DNA of 53,506 nucleotides from IMG/VR virus record IMGVR_UViG_3300044618_002464, positions 1 to 53,506 of that record, one strand, 5' to 3'. The stretch is from a virus (lineage: Duplodnaviria; Caudoviricetes). The position numbers and the translations under genes were made by a program. How positions within the stretch are numbered: position 1 is the first letter of the stretch; each line of letters opens with the position of its first letter. The notes under the pieces are model-generated. The model was not told the origin of the DNA. It saw nothing but the letters and a program-made list of their open reading frames with translations, and ran no database searches. Positions 36,929 through 47,120 of this stretch are shown in pieces.

Positions 36929-37261
36929 TTAAACTGACGTATATGTCAATTCAAAATTAAACCTACTTATTCTACCTATAACAATTTTAACACCTTTATC
37001 TAATTGAATGTATAAACCACCATCAGCTTTATAACAAATTGCTTTTGGTAATTCAGTGATAATATTTCCATTAAAAATAAAAACTTCTACACAGGGAATA
37101 CTAATATCACATTTATATTGATAGTTATAATTGTTATAAGTTAAATCGTTAAATTTATAAGCCAGTATCCCTAAATCTATAGTTGCATTAGACTTTAAAA
37201 TAACATCAAATTGATATTTGTTTAAAGGTTGCCAAGTTTTATGTCTGAGATTGTTCTTCAT
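36929..37261 (-). CDS. Hypothetical protein after the fibre gene
   Basis: 110 aa overlapping the fibre stop. Confidence 0.55.
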   Translation of the reverse strand: MKNNLRHKTWQPLNKYQFDVILKSNATIDLGILAYKFNDLTYNNYNYQYKCDISIPCVEVFIFNGNIITELPKAICYKADGGLYIQLDKGVKIVIGRISRFNFELTYTSV

Positions 37262-40200
37262 TTAACACTTTTACTCCAAATGTATCCTTTATGCTTATTA
37301 CTGCTTCTGGCTCATTTTGTTCTGTTAAATAACATAACCTCATGTCAATATCGTTTACTTCATTAGATAAATCTATTTCAATTATACCATCTACATATTG
37401 AGCATCATTCCAGTTTGTAACTTGATAAGGTATAGTATAATGTCTTCTATTTGTTTCACTTTCTCTAAAATTATTTTCACATAAACCTATTAAAATTGGT
37501 TGAGGATTGCTTGGATCAGGATTTTGCAAAGGACCATTTAAAATAAAAGTTGTTGCAACAAATAATTTATAAATAACACCGGCTTTTAATGTTACCAATC
37601 TATTTAAAATATCTGTAGTTATAGTATTTAATAAGTTAACATGATGATCCATTTTATCAAAGTCAATAACACTGTTTAAACCATCTTTCAATGCACATTG
37701 TCCTTTGTTTAAAGAAACTGCATAAGTAGGATTAACAGAATTAAGTGATAATGATGAATTATTAGAATTACTCCATGAGGTATTAATTACAATATCATAA
37801 TTTATTGATGTTATTGTAATCAATGGATCATTTTGAGAATCTGGCATGTTAGGATAAGTCCCTGTTGCTGGTATTTTTATATCTTGATACCACATGATTT
37901 TTCCATTAGTCTTTTTGACTGTTGGTATTAAATAATCAGAAGTAACAAGATTATCATCAACTGCTACTATTATAATTCTTAATGTTACTACCTTTGCTAC
38001 TGCTAACTGTGCTGTAAATGAAATAAGTTTTTGCCATGTTCCACTTGATAATTGGTTTAATGGTATGTTTACAGGGTAGTAAACAATATTACCATTTGAA
38101 CCACCTTGATTTACATCACGGCCATCAAAGAATATTTCATGTAATTGATTAATGTAAAATTCACCAAATTCACTTAATACATCAGTTAAACACCAAGCTG
38201 TAGTTGAACCATCTAAAGTATAGTTAGCTGACAGCATATTAGGATATACTTGTTTCATTCCTTTGTCTGTATAAGATTTAGCAGTAACTCTGATCAATGA
38301 TTGATTTGCTAAACATAAATAAGGTTTAGCCATTAATGTTGTAATGTTTATTCTGGTGCAAGTTATGTATTCATTATCTAAAACAACAGTAGTAGATGGT
38401 GCAAAAACTTCATTTGATTTTACTTCATAAGCATTTATATCAACAGATAGATCATTAAGGATATCTAAATATAATTCATCAATGTTATCTTCTTTTTCAT
38501 TTAATAAATGTGATTTAAATGTTTGCAGTAATTTGTTTTTTTCATTCTTAAATAAAGATTTGAATGTGTTTATTAAATCAGATTTACTTAATTTTGATAA
38601 TTCTACCAATTGACTATACACATATAAACTAATTGCAAATAAATCATGTTGCATATTGTTAATTTTGTGAATGTAATTGATTATAATCGCTTCTTGTACA
38701 TCTTCAATTAATGTTACTTGATAACTTACCCTGGTTGCACTAAATGTATCAGTTGCAACATTAATATCATTTGAAACAGAAATATTTGCAAATCCTGCTT
38801 GACTAATTTTAAGTAAATCATTACCCAAACCATTAGGAGAAATTAATATTTGATTTACTGTACCATTTGAAATATTGAATCTATTACCATCATAAGTCAT
38901 TGTGAAGTTAGGATATGCGTCTTTTGTGGCAGTTTTAGACCTCATAAATGCTGTCATTATGTCAGCCAATCCTGATAAACTTGGCACATCTTCCATTTTA
39001 ATGAATAAACCAGGTAACTCACCAGATACTGAAAAATTAAATGATATTGCTAATTCACCCCTAGGATTTGCTGTGATTGCATCTTGTATATCTTTTAAAA
39101 CTGGTGTGCCACTTTGTAAAACATTCATTACTGATGCAACAGTCCAAGTTGCATAACATATTTTCGTTAATGATATTTTATTTGCTAATGTTCCTGATGG
39201 TGATAAAGTCAATGAAAAAGTTGCATTATAATTTGCAGACATTTCAAATCTATTTGTTACACCATTCCACTGCATTTTAAATCCAGTCCCACTAACATAA
39301 TTTGAATCTTTTGCAACTTCTGAACTAATGAAACCAGCAAAACTGTCAGCAGTTTTTAAGTAAATAGTTGTTTTATCACATATAACTGTAATGTCTACAT
39401 TTGCATTGGTGATTAAATTTGTAAATCTAACTACAAAAGGCAATGTGTTTGAACCGCCAAAGGTTGCTATAACATCATTCCAGTTTATATTATAACCACC
39501 ATATACAGCAGTTTTTGTTAACCGTTTGATTGTTCTTGAAGTATTCAAAGCAAATAAGAAATAATAAAAGCTATCAGGATAATATGACGGCATTATTTTC
39601 TGTAAAGTAATGTTTAATTCTTTAGTCGGTAAAGGTTGTTTAATTTGAGTAATACTAGGTGCAGAAGGGAAAGCATTTATATCATAATCTGTTACCCATT
39701 GCCCTGTATAATCCCAAAACTGAATACCATTACTAAAAGATGGACCTGGTTGATCAATTGTTATTTTAACTGGTAATTCAAAAGTTGACCCATCTATTTG
39801 AGATTTTTCTTGCGGTATTCCGTTTACAGTAGGAGCACTTGTTATTTTTTTCATATTAGTATCAACTTCTGTTAATTTCGTGTTAGTTGTGTTTAGCTGT
39901 GTTTGTAAGTTAGTACATTCGGCAGCTACACCTGCAACGGCTAAATCTGTTTGTGCTTTAGTATAAGCACTAATATCACTTGCTTTTAATGGAACATTAC
40001 CACCTGCATCAGCTGGTACACCTGCAACTGTTTTTACTGTTCCTTGCCCCCCGCCTTGTGTGCTTAATACACCATCATTTGCATCAATATTTGTTCCTGC
40101 TTGAGCAACACCCTTTGTTGTTTTACTAGCATTTGCCATTGATACAGTTTGTTTATTATTTGCTTTCGGACTAACTATTACACCTTGCGATTGATTTCCT

Positions 40201-41012
40201 TGTATTTCATATGCTAAAGCAGTATCAACATCTGCTTTCATTTTATCTATTTGCTGTTGCAATCCATTATCAGAATTTCCGTCAAATTCTTGTAAAATAG
40301 CATCTGTATCTTGAGTTAAACACAAAATTATACCAAAATCATCAACATTAATATCATCTGAACAATATTGAATTGAAACATTACTGTCTAAATTAGAACA
40401 TAAAAAAACATTGTATTCATCAACAAAATCAAAAAAGAAATTTTCATAATCTGTAGAAAGGTTGTTTATATATCTTGTTACATAATCACAGAAATTACTT
40501 AATGTTTGAAAAGATAAAAATTGATCTTTAGAAATAGTGATTGTAATTGGTGTTGAAGTATTTAACTTTACACTATCATTTTTTGTAATATTTTTATTTA
40601 ATTTGTTTTTTAATTCTTGAGCTGTTGGATTATAAAAGTTAAACTGCAATTTGTTTGTTGCATTTAATTTATCTGCTATTTTAGTAAACAATGTATCTGC
40701 ATCATCAGTAAAGAATGCACTCATTAAATAATCAATGTTTACACCCATATAATAAATAGTAAACAAAGTATTTACTTCTGCAATGGTAGATTGATTTAAT
40801 GCTTGTTGTGCTATCGCTTTTACTGGATTAACTGCATCACTTATTTTGTTTAAAGTTTGTTGCTGAGTAAAAGCATTAACATCAGAAGCAGTTGCAACCA
40901 CATCACCAGTCATACCATTCCAAGATTTTACTCCTGAATCACCACCGCCACCGCTTCCATTGTTCATACCTAAACTAGAATTGTAAACTTTTAAAGTTGA
41001 TGGGTAAGACAT
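37239..41012 (-). CDS. Large tail fibre / receptor-binding protein
   Basis: 1257 aa; GVKSWNGMTGDVV.TASDV and VKTVAGV.ADAGGNV.LKASDI.AYTK fibre repeats, ASKTTKGVAQ motif, coiled coils. Confidence 0.75.
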   Translation of the reverse strand: MSYPSTLKVYNSSLGMNNGSGGGGDSGVKSWNGMTGDVVATASDVNAFTQQQTLNKISDAVNPVKAIAQQALNQSTIAEVNTLFTIYYMGVNIDYLMSAFFTDDADTLFTKIADKLNATNKLQFNFYNPTAQELKNKLNKNITKNDSVKLNTSTPITITISKDQFLSFQTLSNFCDYVTRYINNLSTDYENFFFDFVDEYNVFLCSNLDSNVSIQYCSDDINVDDFGIILCLTQDTDAILQEFDGNSDNGLQQQIDKMKADVDTALAYEIQGNQSQGVIVSPKANNKQTVSMANASKTTKGVAQAGTNIDANDGVLSTQGGGQGTVKTVAGVPADAGGNVPLKASDISAYTKAQTDLAVAGVAAECTNLQTQLNTTNTKLTEVDTNMKKITSAPTVNGIPQEKSQIDGSTFELPVKITIDQPGPSFSNGIQFWDYTGQWVTDYDINAFPSAPSITQIKQPLPTKELNITLQKIMPSYYPDSFYYFLFALNTSRTIKRLTKTAVYGGYNINWNDVIATFGGSNTLPFVVRFTNLITNANVDITVICDKTTIYLKTADSFAGFISSEVAKDSNYVSGTGFKMQWNGVTNRFEMSANYNATFSLTLSPSGTLANKISLTKICYATWTVASVMNVLQSGTPVLKDIQDAITANPRGELAISFNFSVSGELPGLFIKMEDVPSLSGLADIMTAFMRSKTATKDAYPNFTMTYDGNRFNISNGTVNQILISPNGLGNDLLKISQAGFANISVSNDINVATDTFSATRVSYQVTLIEDVQEAIIINYIHKINNMQHDLFAISLYVYSQLVELSKLSKSDLINTFKSLFKNEKNKLLQTFKSHLLNEKEDNIDELYLDILNDLSVDINAYEVKSNEVFAPSTTVVLDNEYITCTRINITTLMAKPYLCLANQSLIRVTAKSYTDKGMKQVYPNMLSANYTLDGSTTAWCLTDVLSEFGEFYINQLHEIFFDGRDVNQGGSNGNIVYYPVNIPLNQLSSGTWQKLISFTAQLAVAKVVTLRIIIVAVDDNLVTSDYLIPTVKKTNGKIMWYQDIKIPATGTYPNMPDSQNDPLITITSINYDIVINTSWSNSNNSSLSLNSVNPTYAVSLNKGQCALKDGLNSVIDFDKMDHHVNLLNTITTDILNRLVTLKAGVIYKLFVATTFILNGPLQNPDPSNPQPILIGLCENNFRESETNRRHYTIPYQVTNWNDAQYVDGIIEIDLSNEVNDIDMRLCYLTEQNEPEAVISIKDTFGVKVLNEEQSQT

Positions 41013-41013
41013 A

Positions 41014-41415
41014 TTAATACCCTTCTGTTGTTCTTGCTAACAACATCAAGATATATTCAGCACCAACAATATCAGTAGTAACAATATTTAATCCTGATGT
41101 TATCCCAGTCCACTGTAAAATACATTCTTTGCTGATATCTATTGTTCCTTTGCTCAAATTAACAGGATATGGTGCATCTTCATAAGCATTAATTGAAATA
41201 TTGATAATTCCACTTAATCCTGTTTTTACTACACTACTTTTATCTGGGACAATTAGCGGTCCATCTTCAATAATTCTTGTGTAAAATGCTAAAGTTAATT
41301 GATTACACCACGGCGTATTCATACCTTGACCATATTTTGATATTTGACATAAATTTTGATTTTGTTGGGGATTTAAAAAATTCCCGTTTTTGTCTATTAA
41401 GATCGGTATTATCAT
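41014..41415 (-). CDS. Hypothetical tail-associated protein
   Basis: 133 aa in the tail operon. Confidence 0.55.
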   Translation of the reverse strand: MIIPILIDKNGNFLNPQQNQNLCQISKYGQGMNTPWCNQLTLAFYTRIIEDGPLIVPDKSSVVKTGLSGIINISINAYEDAPYPVNLSKGTIDISKECILQWTGITSGLNIVTTDIVGAEYILMLLARTTEGY

Positions 41416-41417
41416 TT

Positions 41418-41936
41418 TTATTTACCTATAGATAATATTAATAAAGTACCTTTTTGTATATTATTAAAGTCATTTACTGTTTGATTTAATAATACTTGTT
41501 GTTCATAGGTATCATAACTTATATTGTTCAAGTATAATGCTTTTAACATACCCATATTATACTGCACGACATAATATATAATGTTTTTATTTCTTGCGCT
41601 GATTAAAGCTAAAGCAAATACATTTAAATTGCTAATAGAGGTGTTTAAAACTACTTGTAATCTTTCTAATTGTAAGTTGGTTTGTGTGTTTATATTGGTT
41701 GTAATCTTTACAATCAAGTCATTACATAAATCTACATAAAATTGTATCTGTGCATTAATCTGATTGTCCGTTAAATTGTATAAGAATTCTGAACCTGGTA
41801 TTAATAAACTGTAATCTATTGATTGCTTTGATAAGTTGTTATTAACATATACAGATTGAGGTATTGCTTTATAAAAAAATGCAGAAATAGATTGATATGT
41901 ATTCTGTATATTTTGTAATTGTTGAAATAGTAACAT
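41418..41936 (-). CDS. Tail hub-associated protein with a C-terminal LysM/gpX-like segment
   Basis: Ends with LLNQTVNDFNNIQKGTLLIL, like the C-terminus of Mu gp43-type proteins. Confidence 0.55.
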   Translation of the reverse strand: MLLFQQLQNIQNTYQSISAFFYKAIPQSVYVNNNLSKQSIDYSLLIPGSEFLYNLTDNQINAQIQFYVDLCNDLIVKITTNINTQTNLQLERLQVVLNTSISNLNVFALALISARNKNIIYYVVQYNMGMLKALYLNNISYDTYEQQVLLNQTVNDFNNIQKGTLLILSIGK

Positions 41937-41942
41937 CTATAT

Positions 41943-42671
41943 CTATCCTATAATATTATGAGATAATCCTTTTAAAGCATCTACCATTGCACCTATTGAT
42001 AACAAAGAATTTTCAATTGCAATATATGCAAGAGCGATTTGTTCTCTTAATCCTTGGTTTAAACTTTGTGGGCTTAAATGCAAAATGTTAGATGTTCTAA
42101 AAGTAATGTCTACTGCAACAAAATTTAATGTATCATACACAAACTCATTACTCCATGCTAAAGGCAATACTCCTTTTATTTCATTATAAAATGGGTGATA
42201 TAGTGTACCTAAATCATTATTACTTGAAGAATACCCAAATAAATTTTGAATTACATTCAGATATGCAGTCAAATACTGTGTTCCTGCAAATACTACTTTA
42301 AAAGTAATCAGTTGGCCACTCATACCTAAATTAACTAATTGATCATAATTAGCATATGGAACTTCTCTAATGCTGTATTTTCTTTTACATGATTCTTTAA
42401 TCATGCTAACACCAAGATTTGTATTAAACAGTGTTTGATTTGGGTCTTTTTGATTTTTATTAAAAAATAAACCATTCACCAAATTAAAAGCATTGATTCC
42501 ACCATTTAAATACCTGGCTATTGGATATTTAACTCTATTTAATACATAAAATGAAACTATTGAACCATCGGGATTTTTAAACTTTGCATCATTTATTTCC
42601 CAGTTTAATAATCCTGATAATTCAGCAATATCATTTAGTGTACTGATTTTTCCTAGTATGTTTGTATTCAT
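41943..42671 (-). CDS. Mu gp43-like 'DNA circulation' protein, N-terminal domain
   Basis: REVPY...LG...ITFKVVFAG..Y...GTLYHPFY motif. Confidence 0.75.
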   Translation of the reverse strand: MNTNILGKISTLNDIAELSGLLNWEINDAKFKNPDGSIVSFYVLNRVKYPIARYLNGGINAFNLVNGLFFNKNQKDPNQTLFNTNLGVSMIKESCKRKYSIREVPYANYDQLVNLGMSGQLITFKVVFAGTQYLTAYLNVIQNLFGYSSSNNDLGTLYHPFYNEIKGVLPLAWSNEFVYDTLNFVAVDITFRTSNILHLSPQSLNQGLREQIALAYIAIENSLLSIGAMVDALKGLSHNIIG

Positions 42672-42672
42672 A

Positions 42673-44409
42673 TTAATTAAGTGTTTTATCTTTTAATTCT
42701 GCTTCCAACCATTTTGGTGCAGTAACTTTTGTTAAATCCTTTGCTTCATCAAGACTGATATAATATTGACGCAATTCAACTTTTTTGTCTTCAGGTAAAT
42801 CATCATAATAAAAGCTAGATTTATATGCTCTAATTTTAGCAAGTTCATCTCCAACATAGTTTGCTAAGATACCAATTACTAAAATAGCAATATATGCACT
42901 AGTACCTACGCCAGTGTCCATATAAAATGCCTTTCCAGTAATTGTAGTATTATTGGTGCTAAGCTCTGCTACTGCAAATTGATTATGATTTGGAGATGAA
43001 CTATCTTGTAAAATACTACAATATACAGGAACTTGATTTGCACCACCAAGATTTGTAAGTGTTTTAAGTTGCGGTATATTAAAACTAAATAAACCATCAG
43101 AATTTGTAACTACTTGTCCTGAAAAAATAACAAGACCACCTGAAAGATAATATAAAACAGCTCTTGGGTTTTCATCATAAATAATTTGTCTATACCCAAT
43201 TTTATACTGCATATTAATGTCTTTAAACAAAGGAGCATTTGAGCCATCTGATGAATAAAATGCTTGTATTGCTGATGTTGTAGGGTCTTTATATGTTAAC
43301 TCTCTATCATTTATAATAGTATTTACAAATTTTATTAAAGCTGTTTGAATGTCATTAGGATTAATAATTGTTTTTTGTTGTGCTGAATTTTTATCGATAA
43401 AATATATTTTCCCATTTTCTTGAATAATAGTGTAATCATCACCTAATACACCTAATAAGTTCTTAAAATATTGTTTATTTTTATCAAGATAAGCAAGTTT
43501 GGTTATTCCTGATATAATCCAGTCTTGATGAGAATCTAATGTTGGATCACTTGCTTTATTTCCTGCTGACGCAATGAAGCTAAAAGAAATTGCATAAGTC
43601 CCTTTTTCTAAAAAAGTAGGTGGAGGATTCTGATCAGTAAATGTATATACTTTGACTATAGTATCATCATAACCATATAAATACTCTAATAATTTATTGA
43701 AGTTTCCATGTTTACCATTATCAGTAAATAATTTTAATAAGTATGGTGAAATTGCAGAGGTATAATGTTCTGAACCACTATCTCTGGTTAAAGAATCTAT
43801 GTTATCTGTTGCATGATTTATAAACCAATTTGTCTTTGTTATACTGTCATAACCTAAAGTATTGTTTGTTATTGTTAAAATAACAACATCAGTAATTGGA
43901 TTTACTGTATCAGTGTAAACATATTCAGTTGGAAATGAATAATTGTTTGAATCTGGCTCTTGGGGTGTTACAGTATATCTTGCAACTACAAATCCATTTG
44001 TTAGATTGTTAAATCTTTTTTCTTTAGCATATCCCATGATTGCTGTATTGTATGGAAGAAAAGGATAGGTTGTGTTAGGAAACTTAAACATACCATCTGG
44101 AATTATTGCTGAGTTTTGAGAATAAATACCAATATCTGACTTTAAATATAAAATACCGGATTTGCCGTTGCTAGTCATTCCCATTATTCTCTGATATAAA
44201 TCTTGAGAAAAAACATTCATTTGATCTGCTGTTACCAATTGATTATGAAACCATACTGACTGTTGGTCTGCAATTGTGTCAGAAAATTCTTGTTTTGGCT
44301 GTTTATTATTATTTTCACTTTCATTAAAATTTTTATATAATTTTTGTAAAAATTCTAATAATTCTGGTGTTAAGTTTAAATCACTCTTTATAATATCTTT
44401 ATTCTTCAT
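42673..44409 (-). CDS. Tail fibre protein with a C-terminal chaperone-like extension
   Basis: Follows the baseplate wedge genes; LSGGLVIFSGQV...IAILVIG gp53-like tip, then a helical tail. Confidence 0.65.
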   Translation of the reverse strand: MKNKDIIKSDLNLTPELLEFLQKLYKNFNESENNNKQPKQEFSDTIADQQSVWFHNQLVTADQMNVFSQDLYQRIMGMTSNGKSGILYLKSDIGIYSQNSAIIPDGMFKFPNTTYPFLPYNTAIMGYAKEKRFNNLTNGFVVARYTVTPQEPDSNNYSFPTEYVYTDTVNPITDVVILTITNNTLGYDSITKTNWFINHATDNIDSLTRDSGSEHYTSAISPYLLKLFTDNGKHGNFNKLLEYLYGYDDTIVKVYTFTDQNPPPTFLEKGTYAISFSFIASAGNKASDPTLDSHQDWIISGITKLAYLDKNKQYFKNLLGVLGDDYTIIQENGKIYFIDKNSAQQKTIINPNDIQTALIKFVNTIINDRELTYKDPTTSAIQAFYSSDGSNAPLFKDINMQYKIGYRQIIYDENPRAVLYYLSGGLVIFSGQVVTNSDGLFSFNIPQLKTLTNLGGANQVPVYCSILQDSSSPNHNQFAVAELSTNNTTITGKAFYMDTGVGTSAYIAILVIGILANYVGDELAKIRAYKSSFYYDDLPEDKKVELRQYYISLDEAKDLTKVTAPKWLEAELKDKTLN

Positions 44410-45388
44410 ATCTTATGTAACCTTTTATATTTAATGGGTAATTATCAAATCCACAATATTCAATACATTTTCCATAAATGGTGCGAGGATCTCCTTTATA
44501 AGTATATCCTACATATTTAAAATGCTGTTCTGGCGGTGTTACAGAATTATCAAATATGACTTTATTTCCAATATCTGCTCGACTTACCCTGTTTATTAAA
44601 TCTTGAATTTCTTGTCTAAAGAACATACTGAAAGATGTACTATTGAAAATAGTCCATTTTAAATCAGCAATTATTGGTTGAAAGTCTTGAGGCGGTAATC
44701 TGGTTGTTACCCCTAATTCTGAACTACCTGAAATACCTAACTGCCAATATCTTGAAAAATCATTTATGTGTTCATCTAAATATACTGCACAAACAATCCC
44801 TAATCTAAAATAAATATACTGGCTAATATACAATTCAAGATCATATGTGTTTAAATAATATGAACCAGTTGCACTTAACAATTGAAATAATTGAGGTAAA
44901 TACTTGGAATCACTTAATAAACCTTTTGTACCATTATATTGGTATTCTAAATCTTGAGAATATTCAAAAGAAAATAATTGATTTAAAACGCTAAAATACA
45001 CATAATAATAATTGATTAATAATGAACTAATTGCATATATAATATTCCCGATAACATCTGTCATCAATAATGATTTAAAAATACCAGATGGAATATTTTG
45101 ACATAATAAATTATAATGATCAGGCATGATGTTGCCAATAATGGCTTTTGTATATAATATGTCAATATATTCTTTGTCTTCAAAAATACCAGTTACCAAT
45201 ATAGCCAAAGGTTGATTATTTGTAGGTGTAAAAGTTTTATCTTGAATTATACATTTACCATATAATATTTTTAACTTTAACACATTTAACTGATTATAAC
45301 TATAGTCATCATCAATCAAAGTCATAAATACTTGTGTTGTATTCCCAACTTCTGGCAATGTGTTTAATAATGCTTTTACTTGTTTCAT
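44399..45388 (-). CDS. Baseplate wedge protein (Mu gp48 / P2 gpI-like)
   Basis: Position after the J-like gene; LCQNIPSG and WQLGISGSSELG motifs. Confidence 0.55.
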   Translation of the reverse strand: MKQVKALLNTLPEVGNTTQVFMTLIDDDYSYNQLNVLKLKILYGKCIIQDKTFTPTNNQPLAILVTGIFEDKEYIDILYTKAIIGNIMPDHYNLLCQNIPSGIFKSLLMTDVIGNIIYAISSLLINYYYVYFSVLNQLFSFEYSQDLEYQYNGTKGLLSDSKYLPQLFQLLSATGSYYLNTYDLELYISQYIYFRLGIVCAVYLDEHINDFSRYWQLGISGSSELGVTTRLPPQDFQPIIADLKWTIFNSTSFSMFFRQEIQDLINRVSRADIGNKVIFDNSVTPPEQHFKYVGYTYKGDPRTIYGKCIEYCGFDNYPLNIKGYIRYEE

Positions 45389-45394
45389 TTGTGA

Positions 45395-46714
45395 TTATAT
45401 TTCTTGAAAAAAGCAAGTTAAATCAATAGAATCATAATCATATAAATCATATATATATTGAATGTACTTTGCATTTGATGAATAATCTGGCACTAAAATG
45501 TTTTCATGTATGTTATTCTGCACCCCCTGAACATCAACATCAACTAGTATTTGTGCTAATGTCCCTTTGTTTGATAACAATGTTGTGTTTAAAGCATCAT
45601 TGATGCTATCTAAAGTGATATAATTTTGTCCCATGATTCTTGTCCCACCATAAGGCTGTGAACAAATAGCTCTTCGGATTTCTCTTTTTATTAAATCTGT
45701 TACTGATAAAGTTATTTGTATAGGTTGATTATTTTCACTTTGTGATTCTATTGTAATTGGTGTTGTTGGTGAATATCCTTTTAACAAAGTAACTTCTACA
45801 ATTAATTTCATAAAAGCATTAGTGATCAAATATGTTTTTGAAGTATTGGTTATAATAGTTAAACCTGCCAATCTAATGCTATTAATATAATTGGTAACAA
45901 TATCAATTAAATCTTGAGGTGCTTCCCTGGAGTATGAAATAAAATCAGTATCAGGTAATAAACCTTGATTTAAAACATATTCAGTCATTTGCTGACCTAC
46001 TAATATAAAATTACCTAATTTACCTACTCCATTTACTTTTACAAAATTTTGTATCTGAATACTGTCTGTTACTTTAGCAAAACCAATAGGCACTAACTTA
46101 TTTGCTTGAATATCAAAAACAGCATAATCAGTAATTCTTGCACCAGATAAAGGTGATTGTTCAGCTTGTAATATTCTGTAAATTGCTTGTTGATCTGTTT
46201 CTTCTGTTTGACCTATGTTGCAAGATAAAACGGCCACAATATCACCGCTATTATTAGTTAACAAAGCATTTATTGGTTCAAATATAGTATTACCAGGGTT
46301 GACTGCATATAAAGTAAATACATCATTATCTGTTATTGCGGTTACATCAATCTCTTGCAAATTCTGATAGGTGTTTCCACTTTTTTGATCAGTAAATATT
46401 GTATTTACAGGAATAATTGCAGTAGATATTATTGTTGAAAATTCTACAACAATAAAACCATAACTTAATCCCATTCTAGCTGGCAATCCATTTTTATATA
46501 ACCATTGATCAACTCTATCACCTTGAGCATTTTGTGGAAAAAGAAAACTCAATACTTGATTTAAATTTGCATATAAGTTTAAAAAAATAGAAGCAATTCC
46601 TTGACTTATTATATCCCATGCTAAGTTTGGTTTATATGGGTTTATTTTTGAATTAATTGCTTGTAAAGCATCTTTAAATTGTTGTTTTAAATTTTCTAAT
46701 GTTTCAATTATCAT
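45395..46714 (-). CDS. Baseplate J-like protein (Mu gp47)
   Basis: FPQNAQGDRVD..., IPVNTIF, GQTEETDQQ...RI...SGARITDY. Confidence 0.88.
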   Translation of the reverse strand: MIIETLENLKQQFKDALQAINSKINPYKPNLAWDIISQGIASIFLNLYANLNQVLSFLFPQNAQGDRVDQWLYKNGLPARMGLSYGFIVVEFSTIISTAIIPVNTIFTDQKSGNTYQNLQEIDVTAITDNDVFTLYAVNPGNTIFEPINALLTNNSGDIVAVLSCNIGQTEETDQQAIYRILQAEQSPLSGARITDYAVFDIQANKLVPIGFAKVTDSIQIQNFVKVNGVGKLGNFILVGQQMTEYVLNQGLLPDTDFISYSREAPQDLIDIVTNYINSIRLAGLTIITNTSKTYLITNAFMKLIVEVTLLKGYSPTTPITIESQSENNQPIQITLSVTDLIKREIRRAICSQPYGGTRIMGQNYITLDSINDALNTTLLSNKGTLAQILVDVDVQGVQNNIHENILVPDYSSNAKYIQYIYDLYDYDSIDLTCFFQEI

Positions 46715-46718
46715 TTGT

Positions 46719-47120
46719 TTAATCCTGTATATTAGACCATGAAAAAGTTACAGATTGATTCTGTGAATCTAACACATCTATAGTAATGTATAAAATATTT
46801 CCTTTTAATACTGGCACTTTTATTTCTATATTCTGAATTGCATTTATATATAACAATGGCTGAAATGCACTTTTTAATATTTGTGTGATAGTATTTTTAT
46901 TCCATTCTGAATAATGTGTTGATTCTAAATATGGAATTAAAAGGCTTTCACTAAATGTACTTGCAACACTATCATAACTTAAAGCAGTAACATATACTTG
47001 AGTTTCTATATCTGGTGCAGTTACTAATTGACCTTCATCATCAATATACATTACCCCATCTTTAATTAATGGTGATTCTGATACTGTTAAGTTGTTTAAT
47101 CCCATTGATAAATTTTGCAT
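46719..47120 (-). CDS. Baseplate protein (Mu gp46 / gp25-like)
   Basis: 133 aa before the J-like gene; AFQPLL...IQNIEI pattern. Confidence 0.6.
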   Translation of the reverse strand: MQNLSMGLNNLTVSESPLIKDGVMYIDDEGQLVTAPDIETQVYVTALSYDSVASTFSESLLIPYLESTHYSEWNKNTITQILKSAFQPLLYINAIQNIEIKVPVLKGNILYITIDVLDSQNQSVTFSWSNIQD

